From positions 451,065-515,064 of the forward strand of contig CAVRKQ010000011.1 in NCBI GenBank assembly GCA_963722105.1: a stretch of DNA of 64,000 nucleotides, written 5' to 3'. Every line of letters starts with the position of its first letter. Within the stretch, counting starts at the first letter, position 1. Below, one piece after another: positions 28,824 through 39,750 of this stretch. Under the pieces are notes generated by a model. The model ran no database searches. It was not told the origin of the DNA and saw only the letters and a program-made list of their open reading frames with translations. Origin of the DNA: an uncultured Chloroflexia bacterium (GTDB taxonomy: Bacteria > Chloroflexota > Limnocylindria > Limnocylindrales > CSP1-4). The translations under genes were made by a program, and so were the position numbers.

Positions 28824-30430
28824 GCGGGCCGCGGCCGGAGACGTACTGGGACGCCGTGATCATCGGCGCGGGGCACAACGCGCTGGTCACCGCGACCTAC
28901 CTCGCACAAGCCGGCATGCGCACGCTGGTCCTCGAGCGGCGCGAGCGGGTCGGCGGCGCGGCGGACACGACCCAGCTCGCGCGCGGCATCCGCGTCCCTG
29001 CGCTGGCACACACGGTCGGGCGTCTTCGACCGTCGGTCCAGAAGGACCTTTCGCTCGCGAAGCACGGTCTCTCGCTCGTCTCGCCCGACGTGCGGGTCTT
29101 CGCGCCTTCGCCGGGTGGCAGCGCCGTGACCCTCTGGGCGGACGCGAAGAAGACGGCGGCCGGCCTCGGCGACGACGGCCCGGGCTACCTGCAGTTCGAC
29201 AAGCGCGCCCGCCAGCTCGGCAAGTTCCTCGACGACCTCGGTCGAGCCACGCCACCCGACATCAAGGCACCGGGCCTTGGCGACGCCGTCGCCGGGCTCA
29301 AGCTCGGTCGGTCGTTCAAGGGCCTCGGTCGCGACGGTTCGCGGACCGTGCTACGGGTCCTGCCAATGGCGATCGCGGACCTGGTCGCCGAGTCCGTCGA
29401 ATCCGATGTGTTGCGCGCCGCGCTCGCGTGGCGCGGCGTTCGGTTCGGCGCGGTCGGGCCGTGGTCCGCCGGCACGGCGGCGATGCTGCTCGCGGACGGG
29501 GCCGGCAACGACGGCGGCGCGGCTGGCGAGACGGTGTTCGCAAAGGGCGGACCCGGCGCCCTCTCGGACGCGCTGGCTTCGGCGGCTCGCGCGGCGGGAG
29601 CGGAGATTCGCACCTCCGTGCCGGTCATCCACATCACCTCGCGCGACGGGCGCGCGACCGGGGTCGTGCTCGAGGGCGGTGAAGAGATCACCGCGCGGGC
29701 GGTCGTCTCTGGCGCCGACCCGAAGCGCACGCTGCTGGACCTCATCGACCCCGTCGAGCTCGGGCCGTCCCTGGGCTGGCGCGCCGGGAACATCCGGACG
29801 CCCGGCGTCGTGGCCAAGGTCAACCTCGCCCTCAAGAAGCTCCCGACGTTTCCAGCGGCGGGTGGGGATGAAGGGCTGCTGCGCGGGCGGATCGTCGTCG
29901 CGCCCGGCATCGATGCCATGGAGCGCGCCTTCGATGCGACGAAGTACGGCCGTTTCAGCGATACACCGATTCTCGAGGCGACGATCCCGTCGCTCGCCGA
30001 CCCTTCGCTCGTCGAGGGGGCGAAGCCCGGCACCCACGTCATCAGCGTCGTCGCGCAGTACGCGCCGTACGACCTCGCGGGCGAGCCAGCCGGTGGCTGG
30101 GATGCCCACCGCGAGGCCTTCGGCGACGCGGTCGTGGCGGTCCTCGAATCCGTGGCCCCGGGGATCCGGAAGCTCGTGAGCCATCGGCAGGTGCTCGCTC
30201 CCGTGGACCTGGAGCAGCAGTACGGGCTCTCGGGCGGGCACCCCTTCCACGCGGAGCAGGGGCTCGACCAGTTCTTCGTCTGGCGACCGCTGCTCGGCCA
30301 CGCCCGCTACCGAATCGCGCTGGAGCGGCTGTACCTCTGCGGCTCCGGCGCCCACCCCGGCGGTGGGATTACCGGCGGTCCCGGCCAGAACGCCGCCCGC
30401 GAGATCCTGAAGGACCTCTCGCGCCGCTAG
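28820..30430 (+). CDS. second CrtI-like NAD(P)/FAD-dependent oxidoreductase (tandem paralogue)
   Basis: WDAVIIGAGHNALVTATYLAQAG...VGGAA and C-terminal GAHPGGGITG. GTG 28820 overlaps the upstream stop (GTGA). Confidence 0.85.
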   Translation: MSGPRPETYWDAVIIGAGHNALVTATYLAQAGMRTLVLERRERVGGAADTTQLARGIRVPALAHTVGRLRPSVQKDLSLAKHGLSLVSPDVRVFAPSPGGSAVTLWADAKKTAAGLGDDGPGYLQFDKRARQLGKFLDDLGRATPPDIKAPGLGDAVAGLKLGRSFKGLGRDGSRTVLRVLPMAIADLVAESVESDVLRAALAWRGVRFGAVGPWSAGTAAMLLADGAGNDGGAAGETVFAKGGPGALSDALASAARAAGAEIRTSVPVIHITSRDGRATGVVLEGGEEITARAVVSGADPKRTLLDLIDPVELGPSLGWRAGNIRTPGVVAKVNLALKKLPTFPAAGGDEGLLRGRIVVAPGIDAMERAFDATKYGRFSDTPILEATIPSLADPSLVEGAKPGTHVISVVAQYAPYDLAGEPAGGWDAHREAFGDAVVAVLESVAPGIRKLVSHRQVLAPVDLEQQYGLSGGHPFHAEQGLDQFFVWRPLLGHARYRIALERLYLCGSGAHPGGGITGGPGQNAAREILKDLSRR

Positions 30431-30458
30431 TGCGCCGCCAGGGCGCCGCCAGGGGCGC

Positions 30459-31697
30459 CTAGCTCTCGGAGGTCTTGGTGGCGCTCTGCTCCGCCGGCGT
30501 CATCGGATGGGCGTGCGGCGCCTCGACGTCCTTGTCGATCGCCGGATCCGGCTCCCTGGGACGCCGCACGGCCCGGCCTTCACGCGTGGTCACCCGCGCC
30601 GCGGCGCGCTCCGCCACAGGACCGTTGCCGCGCCGCCGGTTGAGCTGGTACAGGAACAGGGCCGAGATCACCGCGGCGATCGGGATGCCGAAGATCGCGC
30701 CCGGGATGCCCGCGACCTTCAGCCCGACGAGCACGGACCCCAGGACCACGATCGGGTGGATCCGCAGCGAGGTCGACATGATCCGTGGCTGGAGCCAGTT
30801 CATGACCAGGAGCCAGCCGATCGCCACCGCGATCGAGACGGGGACCGTCGAATCCGGCTTGGTGAGGATGGCCACGAGCACCGGCGGGATCCACGCGACG
30901 AACGGCCCGAAGAACGGGATGGCCATGAGGACGCCGGCCGTCGCCGTCGTGACGGCGATGAAGTCCAGCCCGAAGATCAGGCTGGCGGCGAAGCAGATCG
31001 CCCCGAAGACGAGGCCCGTGACCACCTGCCCTCGGATGAACCCACCGAACGACCGGCTGACCGCCTCCTCGAGGATCTCGGCCTCGGTCCGATAGGCGGG
31101 CGGGATCAACCCGAACAGGAAGGCCTGCATCCGGTCGCGGTCCGCGACCATGTACAGCGAGAGGACCACGACCAGCAGCAGGTTGCCGATCGCCCCGAGG
31201 CTCGCCACCGCGAGCTGCTGCAGCGGCGCGATGAGCTGGGTCGCGTACTGGTTGATGTTGTCGAGGAAGACCGTGACCTGCGCGAGGAGGTCGACATTGC
31301 CGATCCCCAGCGTGTTCAGGCGCTCCTGCCACGGCCGGATGATCTCGGGCAGGTTGGCGCGCAGCGACGGCAGGTTGACGATGAAGTCCTGCAGCGAGCT
31401 GAAGAGCGCCGCCGCGACGACGATGGTGATGACCACGAGGCCGCCGAAGATCAGCAGGTAGACGGTGAAGATCGCCCCGGTCCGGGTCATCAGCGGGATG
31501 GCGGTGGCCCGGTTCACGAGCGGCCCGAGCATGAACGCGAGGAGCCAGGCGAGGAAGAAGACCATGATCAGCTCGCCGAAGTAGCCGAAGACCACCGCGA
31601 CGAACCCCAGGACGATGAACGCGAGCGCGACGGCACCGAGGACGAGGATCGCGTCGAACCAGCGGCGTTCTCTCGGCGTCAGCTCGAAGCCGGCCAC
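30459..31697 (-). CDS. AI-2E (PerM/UPF0118) family transporter
   Basis: 412 aa with 7-8 TM segments. The overall pattern (FGGFIRGQVVTGLVFG, PFFGPFVAWIPP) is typical of the family. Confidence 0.8.
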   Translation of the reverse strand: MAGFELTPRERRWFDAILVLGAVALAFIVLGFVAVVFGYFGELIMVFFLAWLLAFMLGPLVNRATAIPLMTRTGAIFTVYLLIFGGLVVITIVVAAALFSSLQDFIVNLPSLRANLPEIIRPWQERLNTLGIGNVDLLAQVTVFLDNINQYATQLIAPLQQLAVASLGAIGNLLLVVVLSLYMVADRDRMQAFLFGLIPPAYRTEAEILEEAVSRSFGGFIRGQVVTGLVFGAICFAASLIFGLDFIAVTTATAGVLMAIPFFGPFVAWIPPVLVAILTKPDSTVPVSIAVAIGWLLVMNWLQPRIMSTSLRIHPIVVLGSVLVGLKVAGIPGAIFGIPIAAVISALFLYQLNRRRGNGPVAERAAARVTTREGRAVRRPREPDPAIDKDVEAPHAHPMTPAEQSATKTSES

Positions 31698-31700
31698 GGA

Positions 31701-32744
31701 CTAGCGCAGCCCCATCTTTTCGCGGACCTCGGCCATCGTCTCGGTTGCCATCGGGGCGAGGCGGGCGGCGCCGGCGGCGAGAATCTCGTCGACCTTGCCG
31801 GGCGCCGACTGGAGCTCGAGGTAGCGCTCGCGGGCCTGGCCGTACTGCTCGATGATCCGGTCGGCGAGCAGGCGCTTCGTGTCGACGCAGCCGGTTCGGG
31901 CCGTCCGCTCGCCATCCCAGATCGACTCGAAGTCCTCGCCGAAGAAGCGGTGCAGCTGGCAGACGTTGCAGACCTCGGGCCGGCCGGGCTGGGTCCGGAG
32001 GATCCGCTCGGTGTCGGTGACCATGCTCATGACCTGCTTCCGGATCGTGTCCGGGTCGGCCAGGATGTCGATCGTGTTCCCGACCGATTTCGACATCTTC
32101 CGCGCGCCGTCGGTCCCGATGACGGTCGGCGCCTCGGTGAAGACCGCCTGCATCTCCGGGAACGTCTCGCCGTAGCGGTTGTTGAAGGCCCGGACGATCT
32201 CCCGCGACAGCTCGAGGTGGGCCGCCTGGTCCTTCCCGACCGGCACGAGCGACGCCTTGTACATCGCGATGTCGCCCGCCTGCAGCACCGGGTAGGTCAA
32301 CAGGCCGTGGTTGATGTCGTCGGGCTGGGTCTCGCGCTTCTCCTTGTAGGTCGGCGTTCGCTCGAGCCAGCTGACGGGCGTCACGGTCGCGAGGAGCCAC
32401 GCGAGCTCCGTGTGCTCGGGCCGATGGCTCTGGACGAAGAGCGTGCAGCGCTCGGGGTCGAGGCCCAGGGCGAGGAGGCTCGCGGCCATGTCGCGGGTGC
32501 GCGCCCGGAGGACGTCCGGATCGTGCGTCGAGGTCAGGGCGTGGTAGTCGACGATGCAGTAGACCGCCTCGTACTTCTCCTGCAGCGCGACGTAGTTCCG
32601 GATCGCGCCGAGGTCGTTCCCGAGGTGCGCGACGCCCGACGGCTGGATGCCGCTGAAGATCCGCGGCGCGGTCGGCTGCTTGCCCGTCGTGGGCACGGGC
32701 GCCGTCTCGGTCGTCACGGGGGGAGTGTATTCGGCGACTACCAT
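31701..32744 (-). CDS. trpS: tryptophan--tRNA ligase
   Basis: HIGH-type GVAHLGNDLG and KMSKS, about 347 aa from ATG 32744. Confidence 0.9.
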   Translation of the reverse strand: MVVAEYTPPVTTETAPVPTTGKQPTAPRIFSGIQPSGVAHLGNDLGAIRNYVALQEKYEAVYCIVDYHALTSTHDPDVLRARTRDMAASLLALGLDPERCTLFVQSHRPEHTELAWLLATVTPVSWLERTPTYKEKRETQPDDINHGLLTYPVLQAGDIAMYKASLVPVGKDQAAHLELSREIVRAFNNRYGETFPEMQAVFTEAPTVIGTDGARKMSKSVGNTIDILADPDTIRKQVMSMVTDTERILRTQPGRPEVCNVCQLHRFFGEDFESIWDGERTARTGCVDTKRLLADRIIEQYGQARERYLELQSAPGKVDEILAAGAARLAPMATETMAEVREKMGLR

Positions 32745-32780
32745 GCGCCGATGGCCGGGCAGGGTGGCGCCGATCGACCG

Positions 32781-33813
32781 ATGCGAGTCGCCGTGCTCGG
32801 CGCGGGCACCGTCGGGCGTGAGGTGGTCCGCGCGATCCTCGACGGCTGGGGCGCCGGCGCGCTGACGCTCGAGCGGCGTGGCTGTGCGCGACATCGCGAA
32901 GGCGGAGGCGGGCGGGATCCCGTGCGTACCTCCTCACCGACGCCCCGGCGCACGTGGTTGCGAGCGGCTCCGACGTCGTGGTCGAGCTCATGGGCGGCGA
33001 GGAGCCCGCTCGGACCCTGATCGCGGCGGCGCTCGGGGCGGGAATGCCGGTCGTGACCGCGAACAAGTACGTCATGGCCCGGCACGGTGCCGCGCTCGAG
33101 GCGATCTCCCGGCGGACGCGAGGCACCCCTCCGTTTCGAGGCTGCGGTCATGGGCGGCACGCCGATTCTCCGGCTGCTCGCCGAGGACCTTGCCGGCACC
33201 CGGGTGCGGGCCGTTCGTGGGATCGTCAACGGCACGACGAACCACATCCTCACCGAGATGGCGGGCGGGGGGCTCGAGCTACGAGGCCGCACTCGCGGGA
33301 GCCCAGGCTGCCGGCTACGCCGAGGCCGATCCAACGGGCGACGTCGAGGGCGGCGACGCGGCCGACAAGCTCGTGATCCTGTCGCGACTCGCGTTCGGTG
33401 GATGGCCGACGCGCGCCTCCGTGACGGTGGCTCGCGAAGGCGGGCGGCCGGGCATCACCGGCGTCACCGCGGAGACCTCGAAGCTGCCGCGAAGCGCGGG
33501 CAGGCAATCCGGCTCCTGGCATCGGCGTCGAGGGCTGCAGATGCCGGATTCGGCGACATGACCGCGCATCGAGCTCTCCGTGTCGCCGACCGAGGTCCCG
33601 CGGGACACGCCGCTCGGCGGGACGGACGGCGTGCGCAACCGCATCGAGATCGAGACGGACCGGCTCGGGTGGATCGGCATCGAGGGGCCCGGCGCAGGAG
33701 GCGCAGCGACCGCGGCCGCGGTCCTCGCAGACCTCGCCGCGATCGCCGCGGGCGGCGGCAGCACCTGGGGCGCCCTCCCTCCCGCGATGCCCGCCGGGGC
33801 CGCGGCGCGATGA
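32781..33813 (+). pseudogene. hom: homoserine dehydrogenase with six or more +1 frame breaks (possibly sequence errors)
   Basis: Pieces in successive frames: MRVAVLGAGTVGREV; DVVVELMGGEEPARTLIAAALGAGMPVVTANK; LRFEAAVMGGTPILRLL...GIVNGTTNHIL; AQAAGYAEADPTGDVEGGDAADKLVILSRLAFG; C-terminal ACT-like ELSVSPTEVPRDTPLGG... Confidence 0.8.
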
Positions 33814-34886
33814 CCGCGGAGGCGAGACCGAGGCTCGCTCGAGCGGTATCGGCAGTTCCTGCCGATCACCGACGCGACGCCCAGCGCTGACGCTCGGCGA
33901 GGGCTTCACGCCGCTCGTGGCGGCGCCGCGCCTGGGCGCGAGGATCGGCGTTCCGAACCTGCACCTCAAGCTCGAGGGGCTGAACCCGACCGGGATCGTT
34001 CAAGGACCGCGGCATGGTCGTCGCGGTGTCGAAGGCGATCGAGGCAGGCGCGACCTCGATCATCTGCGCGTCGACCGGGAACACCAGTCGCGAGCGCGGC
34101 GGCCTACGGGGCGGCGGCCGGCATCGAGGTCGCGGTCGTGCTGCCGAAGGGCGCGATCGCGGTCGGGAAGCTGCTCCAGGCGCTGATCGCCGGCGCGAAG
34201 GTCGTCGCCGATCGATGGCAACTTCGATGACGCGCCTGCGGATCGTGCGATCGATGACGGCCGAGGCCGGCTCGCGCGCGACGCTCGTCAACTCGGTCAA
34301 CCCGCACCGGATCGCCGGCCAGAAGACGGCGGCCTTCGAGATCTGCGATGACCTCGGGCGGGCGCCGGACGTCCTCGCGATCCCGGTCGGGAACGCCGGC
34401 AACATCACGGCCTACTGGGCCGGCTTCACCGACTACGCGATGGGCGGGATCGTCGAGACGCGGCCCCGGATGCACGGCTTCCAGGCGGCCGGCGCGGCGC
34501 CGATCGTGCGAGGCGAGCCGGTCGAGAAGCCCGAGACGATCGCGACGGCGATCAGGATCGGCAATCCGGCGACGTGGAAGGGCGCGGTCGCGGCCCGTGA
34601 CGAATCGCGCGGGAGCATCGACGCGGTCACCGACGACGAGATCCTCGCCGCCTACCGCTCCATCGCCGAGCTCGAGGGCGTGTTCTGCGAGCCCTCCTCG
34701 GCGGCCTCGGTGGCGGGCGTCGCGAAGGCCGCCGCGGGAGGGGCGATTCTCGCCTCCGAGCTCGTCGTCGCGGTCCTGACCGGCAACGGGCTGAAGGATC
34801 CCGACACGGCCGAGAAGGCCGTCGCGGGGCGGATCGTCGAGTCGGACGCGACCGAGGACGGCGTCATGCGGGCGCTCGGGTGGTGA
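33810..34886 (+). pseudogene. thrC: threonine synthase; the 5' third has several frame breaks, and the gene is intact from about 34230
   Basis: ERYRQFLPITD / LGEGFTPLV / LHLKLEGLNPTG lie in different frames. A continuous stretch then follows: SVNPHRIAGQKTAAFEI...PVGNAGNITAYW...GNGLKDPD. ATG 33810 overlaps the hom stop. Confidence 0.8.
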
Positions 34887-35862
34887 GCGCGGCCACGCGG
34901 CGAGCTCATCGGGCGGACGGTCGACGTCGAGGCGCCGGCGACGATCGCCAACCTCGGCGCGGGCTACGACTGCCTCGGGCTGGCGGTCGACCTGCCGCTG
35001 CGCGTCAGCGTCGAGGCGACGGACGCCCGCGGCTGACCCGTCAGTCGATCGACCTGACCGTCGAGGGCGATTGCGTCGGCGAGCTGCCCGAGGATCGGTC
35101 GAACCGCTTCGTCGTGGCGCTCGAGGCCGGGCTCGCGGAGCTGGGCTTCGGGACGTTCGAGGGCGTCGGGTGGCGGGTCGAGGATGTCGAACCCGATCCC
35201 GCTCGCGCGCGGGCTCGGCTCGAGCGCGGCGGCCACGGTCGCGGGACTCGTCGCTGCCTGGGGCGCTCGCCGATCGACCGGTCGACACGGCGGCCGTCCT
35301 CCGGCTCGCGACGAAGATCGAGGGCCATCCGGACAACGTCGCGCCGGCGCTGCTCGGCGGGCTGGTCGCGAGCATCGCGCTCGAGGATCGCGGTCGAGGC
35401 CGTCCGGCTCGATCCGCCGCAAGGGCGTGCTGGTCGTCGCGTGGATCCCGGAGCGGAAGCTGGCGACGTCGGAGATGCGCCGCGTGCTGCCGGACGCCGT
35501 GCCGCGCGCCGACGCCATCGCAAATCTCGCTCGCGTGGCCGTCGGAGTGGCGGGTCTCGCCTCCGGCCGCACCGACGTCCTGCGCCTCCTGACCGAGGAT
35601 CGCCTCCACGAGCCGTACCGCGCGTCCGTGTACCCCGAGCTGCCCCGCCTGGTCGCGGCCGCGCGCGAAGCGGGCGCTCTCGGCGCCTTCCTCGCCGGCG
35701 CCGGCTCGACCGTGGCTGCCCTCGTCGACGGCGACGACGAATCGGCCGCCGACCGCGTGGGCGCCGCGTTCCGAACGACGGCGGCATCGCTCGTCGCAGC
35801 CCGGCCGGCTTCAGGCAATCAAGCTCCAACCCAACGGCGCGCACCTCGTGTCATCACGCTGA
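34880..35862 (+). pseudogene. thrB: homoserine kinase with multiple frame breaks
   Basis: VDVEAPATIANLGAGYDCLGLA, GHMP motif PLARGLGSSAAATVAG and EGHPDNVAPALLGG lie in different frames. The inferred C-terminus GRLQAIKLQPNGAHLVSSR stops at TGA 35860-35862. Confidence 0.75.
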
Positions 35863-35875
35863 CTGATCTAAGCGT

Positions 35876-37294
35876 GTGGTAATGTCACGCGGTGGTCACG
35901 AGCAGCCGCCGTGTACGCCCGAATCTCGCTCCGACCCGGAGGGTGATCGCCTCGGCGTGACCCGCCAGCGCGAGGACTGCGAGGCCCTTGCCGCGCGGAA
36001 GGGCTGGCCGGTCGCCGAGGTCTACATCGACGACGACCGATCGGCCTACTCGGGCAAGCCCCGACCCGAGTACCGCCGGATGCTCGACGACATCGCGCGC
36101 CGGCTCGATCGACGCGCCTGGTCTACAACCTCGACCGGCTGCACCGCCAGCCGCGCGAGCTCGAGGCCTTCTTCGACGTCGTCCGACGCCGCCGGACTGA
36201 CCGACCTGGCACGGTCGAGGGCGACATCAACCTCGGCAGCCACGACGGCCGGTTCCATGCCCGTATCCTCGGCGCCGTGGCCCGCAAGTCCTCCGACGAC
36301 GCCAGCCGCCGGATCAAGCGCAAGAACGAGGAACGCGCCGCCGCAAGGTCTGCCGACCGGCGGCGGCACCCGGCCGTTCGGCTATCGACCCGACGAGTGA
36401 CGGTCGATCCCGCCGAGGCCGTGCTCGTCCGCGAGGCGGCGGGCCGCGTCCTGGCCGGTGACAGCGTTCGGGCGATCGCGACCGACTGGAACACCCGCGG
36501 CATTCGAGACAGCGGCCGGCAAGCGTGGACGGTCGAGACGATGCGCCGGATGCTGTACGCCGCGCGCCTCTCGGGCCAGCGCGAGCACCTCGGCGAGATC
36601 GTCGCCCCGGGCAATGGGAGCCGATCATCACGCCCGAGGAGACAGCGAGGCTCCGGGCGATCCTCGACGAGCGCACCCGGACCCGAAGCCGGCCCGTCCG
36701 CCGCTATCTCCTGACCGGGCTGCTGCGCTGCGGCCGGTGCGACGCGCCGCTGATCGCCCGGCCCCAGGCGAACGGCGACCGCCGGTACGTCTGCGCCAAG
36801 GGTCCGGGACATTCCGGCTGCGGCCGGATGGCGATCATGGCTGAACCGCATCGAGGCGTTCCTCTCCGAGGCTGTGCTCGTTCAGCTGGACACACCCGCC
36901 GTGGCAGCGGCCCTCGCGGCCGCGGCAAGCGCGGACGCCGCGAGCGCCGCAGAGCACGACGCCCTGCGACAGGACCGGGAGCAGCTCGACGAGCTGGCCC
37001 GCGCGTATGGCGACCGGCTGGTGACGTTCCCCGAGTGGCTCGCCGCCCGAGCGCCGATCGAGGCCCGCATCGACGCCGCCGCAAGCGGAAGATCAGCCGG
37101 ATGTCCCGGACCGCCGCGATCGACCCGTACGTGGGCAACGCCGGGCGCGCTGCGCGCAGACGTGGACGACCTCCCGCTCAACCGTCAGCGTCGATCGTGT
37201 CGGCCACTCTTGGACCGGGCCGTGATCCGGCCGGCCGTCCCCGGCCGGACCGACCTTCGACCCCGACCGCATCGAGCCTGTCTGGCGCGCCTGA
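35876..37294 (+). pseudogene. large serine recombinase (integrase) with many frame breaks
   Basis: AAAVYARISL (catalytic Ser) / DPEGDRLGVTRQREDCE / LVYNLDRLHRQPRELEAFFDVV / recombinase domain WNTRGIRDSGRQAWTVETMRRML / zinc ribbon LLRCGRCDAPL...YVCAKGPGHSGCGRM / coiled coil / ...FDPDRIEPVWRA stop at 37292-37294. Confidence 0.8.
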
Positions 37295-37408
37295 GGCAGG
37301 AGCGCGACGACCCGCGCGATCACGACCGGATCATCGAGCTCGCCGGGCAGACCCTGCGCCGGCCGCGTCCGCTCGACCCACGCCCGGACCACCGCCGGAT
37401 CGGTCGCT

Positions 37409-38195
37409 TCAGTCCCACGACGCCCACACCGCCGGCGGCCCGGCCCAGCCCTCCTGGTCCGCGCGACCGCCAGACGTACCCGGCGGCCCGTCCATGACCG
37501 ACGCGGCCCAGCCGAGCACCTCGTCGGCCGTTGATGCCATCGAGGCCGACCGCTCGAGGCTGGAAGCCCTGGGCGACCTCGTACCGGTGGAGCCCCGCCG
37601 GCTGCCGCCGCCCCGAGATCCTTGCCGACGTACTTCGACAGGTACCGCGCCGCGAGCCTCGCCTCGCCGAGCGAACCCGAGCCGGTCGGCAGATCGCTGA
37701 GCAGCTTGATGTGGACGAACCCGCGACCCCAGGCCCGCTCGATCGCTCCGCGCGCGACGAACCGGCCGACCGCGAAGTGGACGTGGAGGCCGTGGCCGCC
37801 CTTGTGCCACTCGGGCACCCACAGGTACGGGAACGCGCTCGCCGACCGCCGCCCTGAGCCTCCGGAAGAACGCGCCAACGTCATCCCGGAGCTGCGACGG
37901 GTCATGGCAGCCCTCGCCCGGTACGTGAGCGTCCCGAGGCGATTGAGCCGGTTCGCCGCGCAGTACCGGCGGACCTTGCCCCGAGCCCGCCGGCCGCATC
38001 CTCGCGGCTGTCCATCGGATCGAGCGACGCCGACCGCTCGGCCGATCGAGCCAGCGCGGACCGGAACGAGCCGCCGCCCTCGGCTGCGTCGGGGTACAGG
38101 ACGAAGCTCCAGCCAGCCCATCCGGGGCTTGACGAGTTTCGTCCCATATTCAAGTGAAGAACGAGCGGCTTGGCTCTGCCCCACGACCGACCCAA
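37409..38195 (-). pseudogene. rolling-circle (HUH) replication initiator with frame breaks
   Basis: KVRRYCAANRLNRLGTLTY / DPSQLRDDVGAFFRRLR / FPYLWVPEWHKGGHGLHVHFAV (HUH) ... ARYLSKYVGKD (catalytic Tyr motif) / HRYEVAQGFQP / ...GPPAVWASWD stop at 37409. Confidence 0.6.
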
Positions 38196-38580
38196 ACGAC
38201 AAGACGAGGCCCGTCGGCCCCGTCGCGTCTCTGCAGGTCGGCTTCACAGGTCCTTAGGGACCAACGTCTGGCGCATGTGGATCGGTGTCCGAGCCTGGTC
38301 CCGCGTTACATCAGCTAACAGCCGTTTTATCTTCAGTCGCATCGGGGCGACGGAATGATCGCCGGAGGGTATGCGGCAGGATGGCCCAGAACAATCCAAG
38401 TTCTCTTAACGCGGCCGGTCGCCGCGCTGTTGGCAGCCTTGCCCTCCGATCGCCGTCAAGGGTTCGCGGCGGAGCCGCCCGCCTCGTGCAACCGTACGCT
38501 TCGCTCGCGCTCGGCGGCCCTTGACGGCTCTCAACCGATCGTCATGCTGGCCCGGTGACATCACCACACGCCGACTGAGC

Positions 38581-38824
38581 ATGAACATGAACGTTCGCCT
38601 GCTCGACGAACGGGTAGATGTCTGGCGACCCGTTGCCGCCGAGCGGATCGCCAGCGGGGTGTACCGAATAGCGTCTGTCGACCCGTTCCCGGATGAAACG
38701 TGGGAGTTTTCCCCTGGTGCCGTGGTTCGCTGCTGAGTTGAAGCGCCTCAGTAGCGGTGACTGGTGGGTTGCGATCGCTCTCTGGGAGGAGCCGGCTGGC
38801 GTGACATTCAGCGACGCTGACTGA
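38581..38824 (+). pseudogene. small hypothetical protein at the right end of the element, with one +1 break near 38735
   Basis: MNMNVRLLDERVDVWRPVAAERIASGVYRIASVDPFPDETWEFSPGAVVRC continues in the next frame as ELKRLSSGDWWVAIALWEEPAGVTFSDAD. No family recognised. Confidence 0.3.
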
Positions 38825-38836
38825 GGCGCTCGGCGG

Positions 38837-39750
38837 TCAGTCGGCGTCGAGCGTCTCGATGACGGGCGCCAGGGCATCGAGTGCCGCCAGTGTCGGCGGC
38901 CACAGAATCATCTCGACATTCGTAAAGCCCGCGGCGCCAAACGCACGGAGCGCGCCGGCAATCTCCTCGGCGGTGCCGCGGACGGGAAGGCCGAGGACGT
39001 TTTCCGAACCGCTGAAGGAGGTGGGCTCGACCACGATGCCGGCGGACTTGCGGATCGTCGCCGGATCGCGACCAACCTCGACTGCACGCCTCCAAGAGCG
39101 CCGCAAGCCGGGGTCCGAACTCGAGGAGATCGCTCCGCTCGTTGACGTACCAGCTCCAGATGTCGGCATGGCGAGCCGCGATCTGCAGCATCTTGGGGCC
39201 CTTTGCGCCGATCATGATCGGGATCCTGCCGGGTCGCGGGCCCCGCGGTCGCTGTTCGAGATCGCGGGCGGCGTGGAATGTGCCCTCGAAGTCGGCCCGA
39301 CCCTCGCGCAGCAGCGGGAGGATGATCTCGATCGCCTCCTCGAAGCGACCGTACACATGGTCCTCGGGCAGCCCGAACGCGCGTGCCTGGCGACCGGCGT
39401 GCCCCGACCCGAGTCCGAACACGAATCGGCCGCCGCTGATCTCGTCGATCGTCTCGACCGCCTTTGCCGTGATTCCCGGGTTGCGGTGGAGCGCCGAGAA
39501 GACCCACGTCCCGACCTTCACTCGCGAGGTCACGGCCGCGACGGCGGAAGTCACGGACACACCCTCCCACCAGCCCTGCGGCTTGCCCTCCGGCGGGGCG
39601 CCACAGGAGCTCGTCGGCGGTCCAGACCACGTCGAACCCAAGCTCCTCCGCACGCAGGGCGAGATCGCGGATGTCGACCCACCGTGCTGTCGAGCCGTCG
39701 ACGAACGAATCGCCCATCGGGAGAACGAGACCGATCTCGACCGGACGCAT
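38837..39750 (-). pseudogene. luciferase-like (LLM class, probably F420-dependent) oxidoreductase with two frame breaks
   Basis: MRPVEIGLVLPMGD...LALRAEELGFDVVWTADELLWRP | PEGKPQGWWEGVSVTSAVAAVTSRVKVGTWVFSALHRNPG...FGLGSGH...IMIGAKGPKML | ...DPATIRKSAGIVVEP...VIETLDAD. Confidence 0.8.

Larger units (their letters stand above)
35856..38824. mobile_element. small integrative element (serine recombinase + HUH Rep) bounded by an 11-bp direct repeat
   Basis: ACGCTGACTGA occurs at 35856-35866 (covering the thrB stop) and at 38814-38824. The interior holds a large serine recombinase, a rolling-circle Rep and a less GC-rich stretch at about 38250-38580. Flanks are convergent chromosomal genes (thrB, LLM oxidoreductase). 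Confidence 0.6.

Noticed and set aside
38440-38500. tRNA or tRNA remnant (GGTTCG...) as an attachment site near the right part of the element
   Set aside because: No acceptor stem, anticodon arm or canonical T-loop (GGTTCGAAT) could be built. The 11-bp direct repeat explains the boundaries better.
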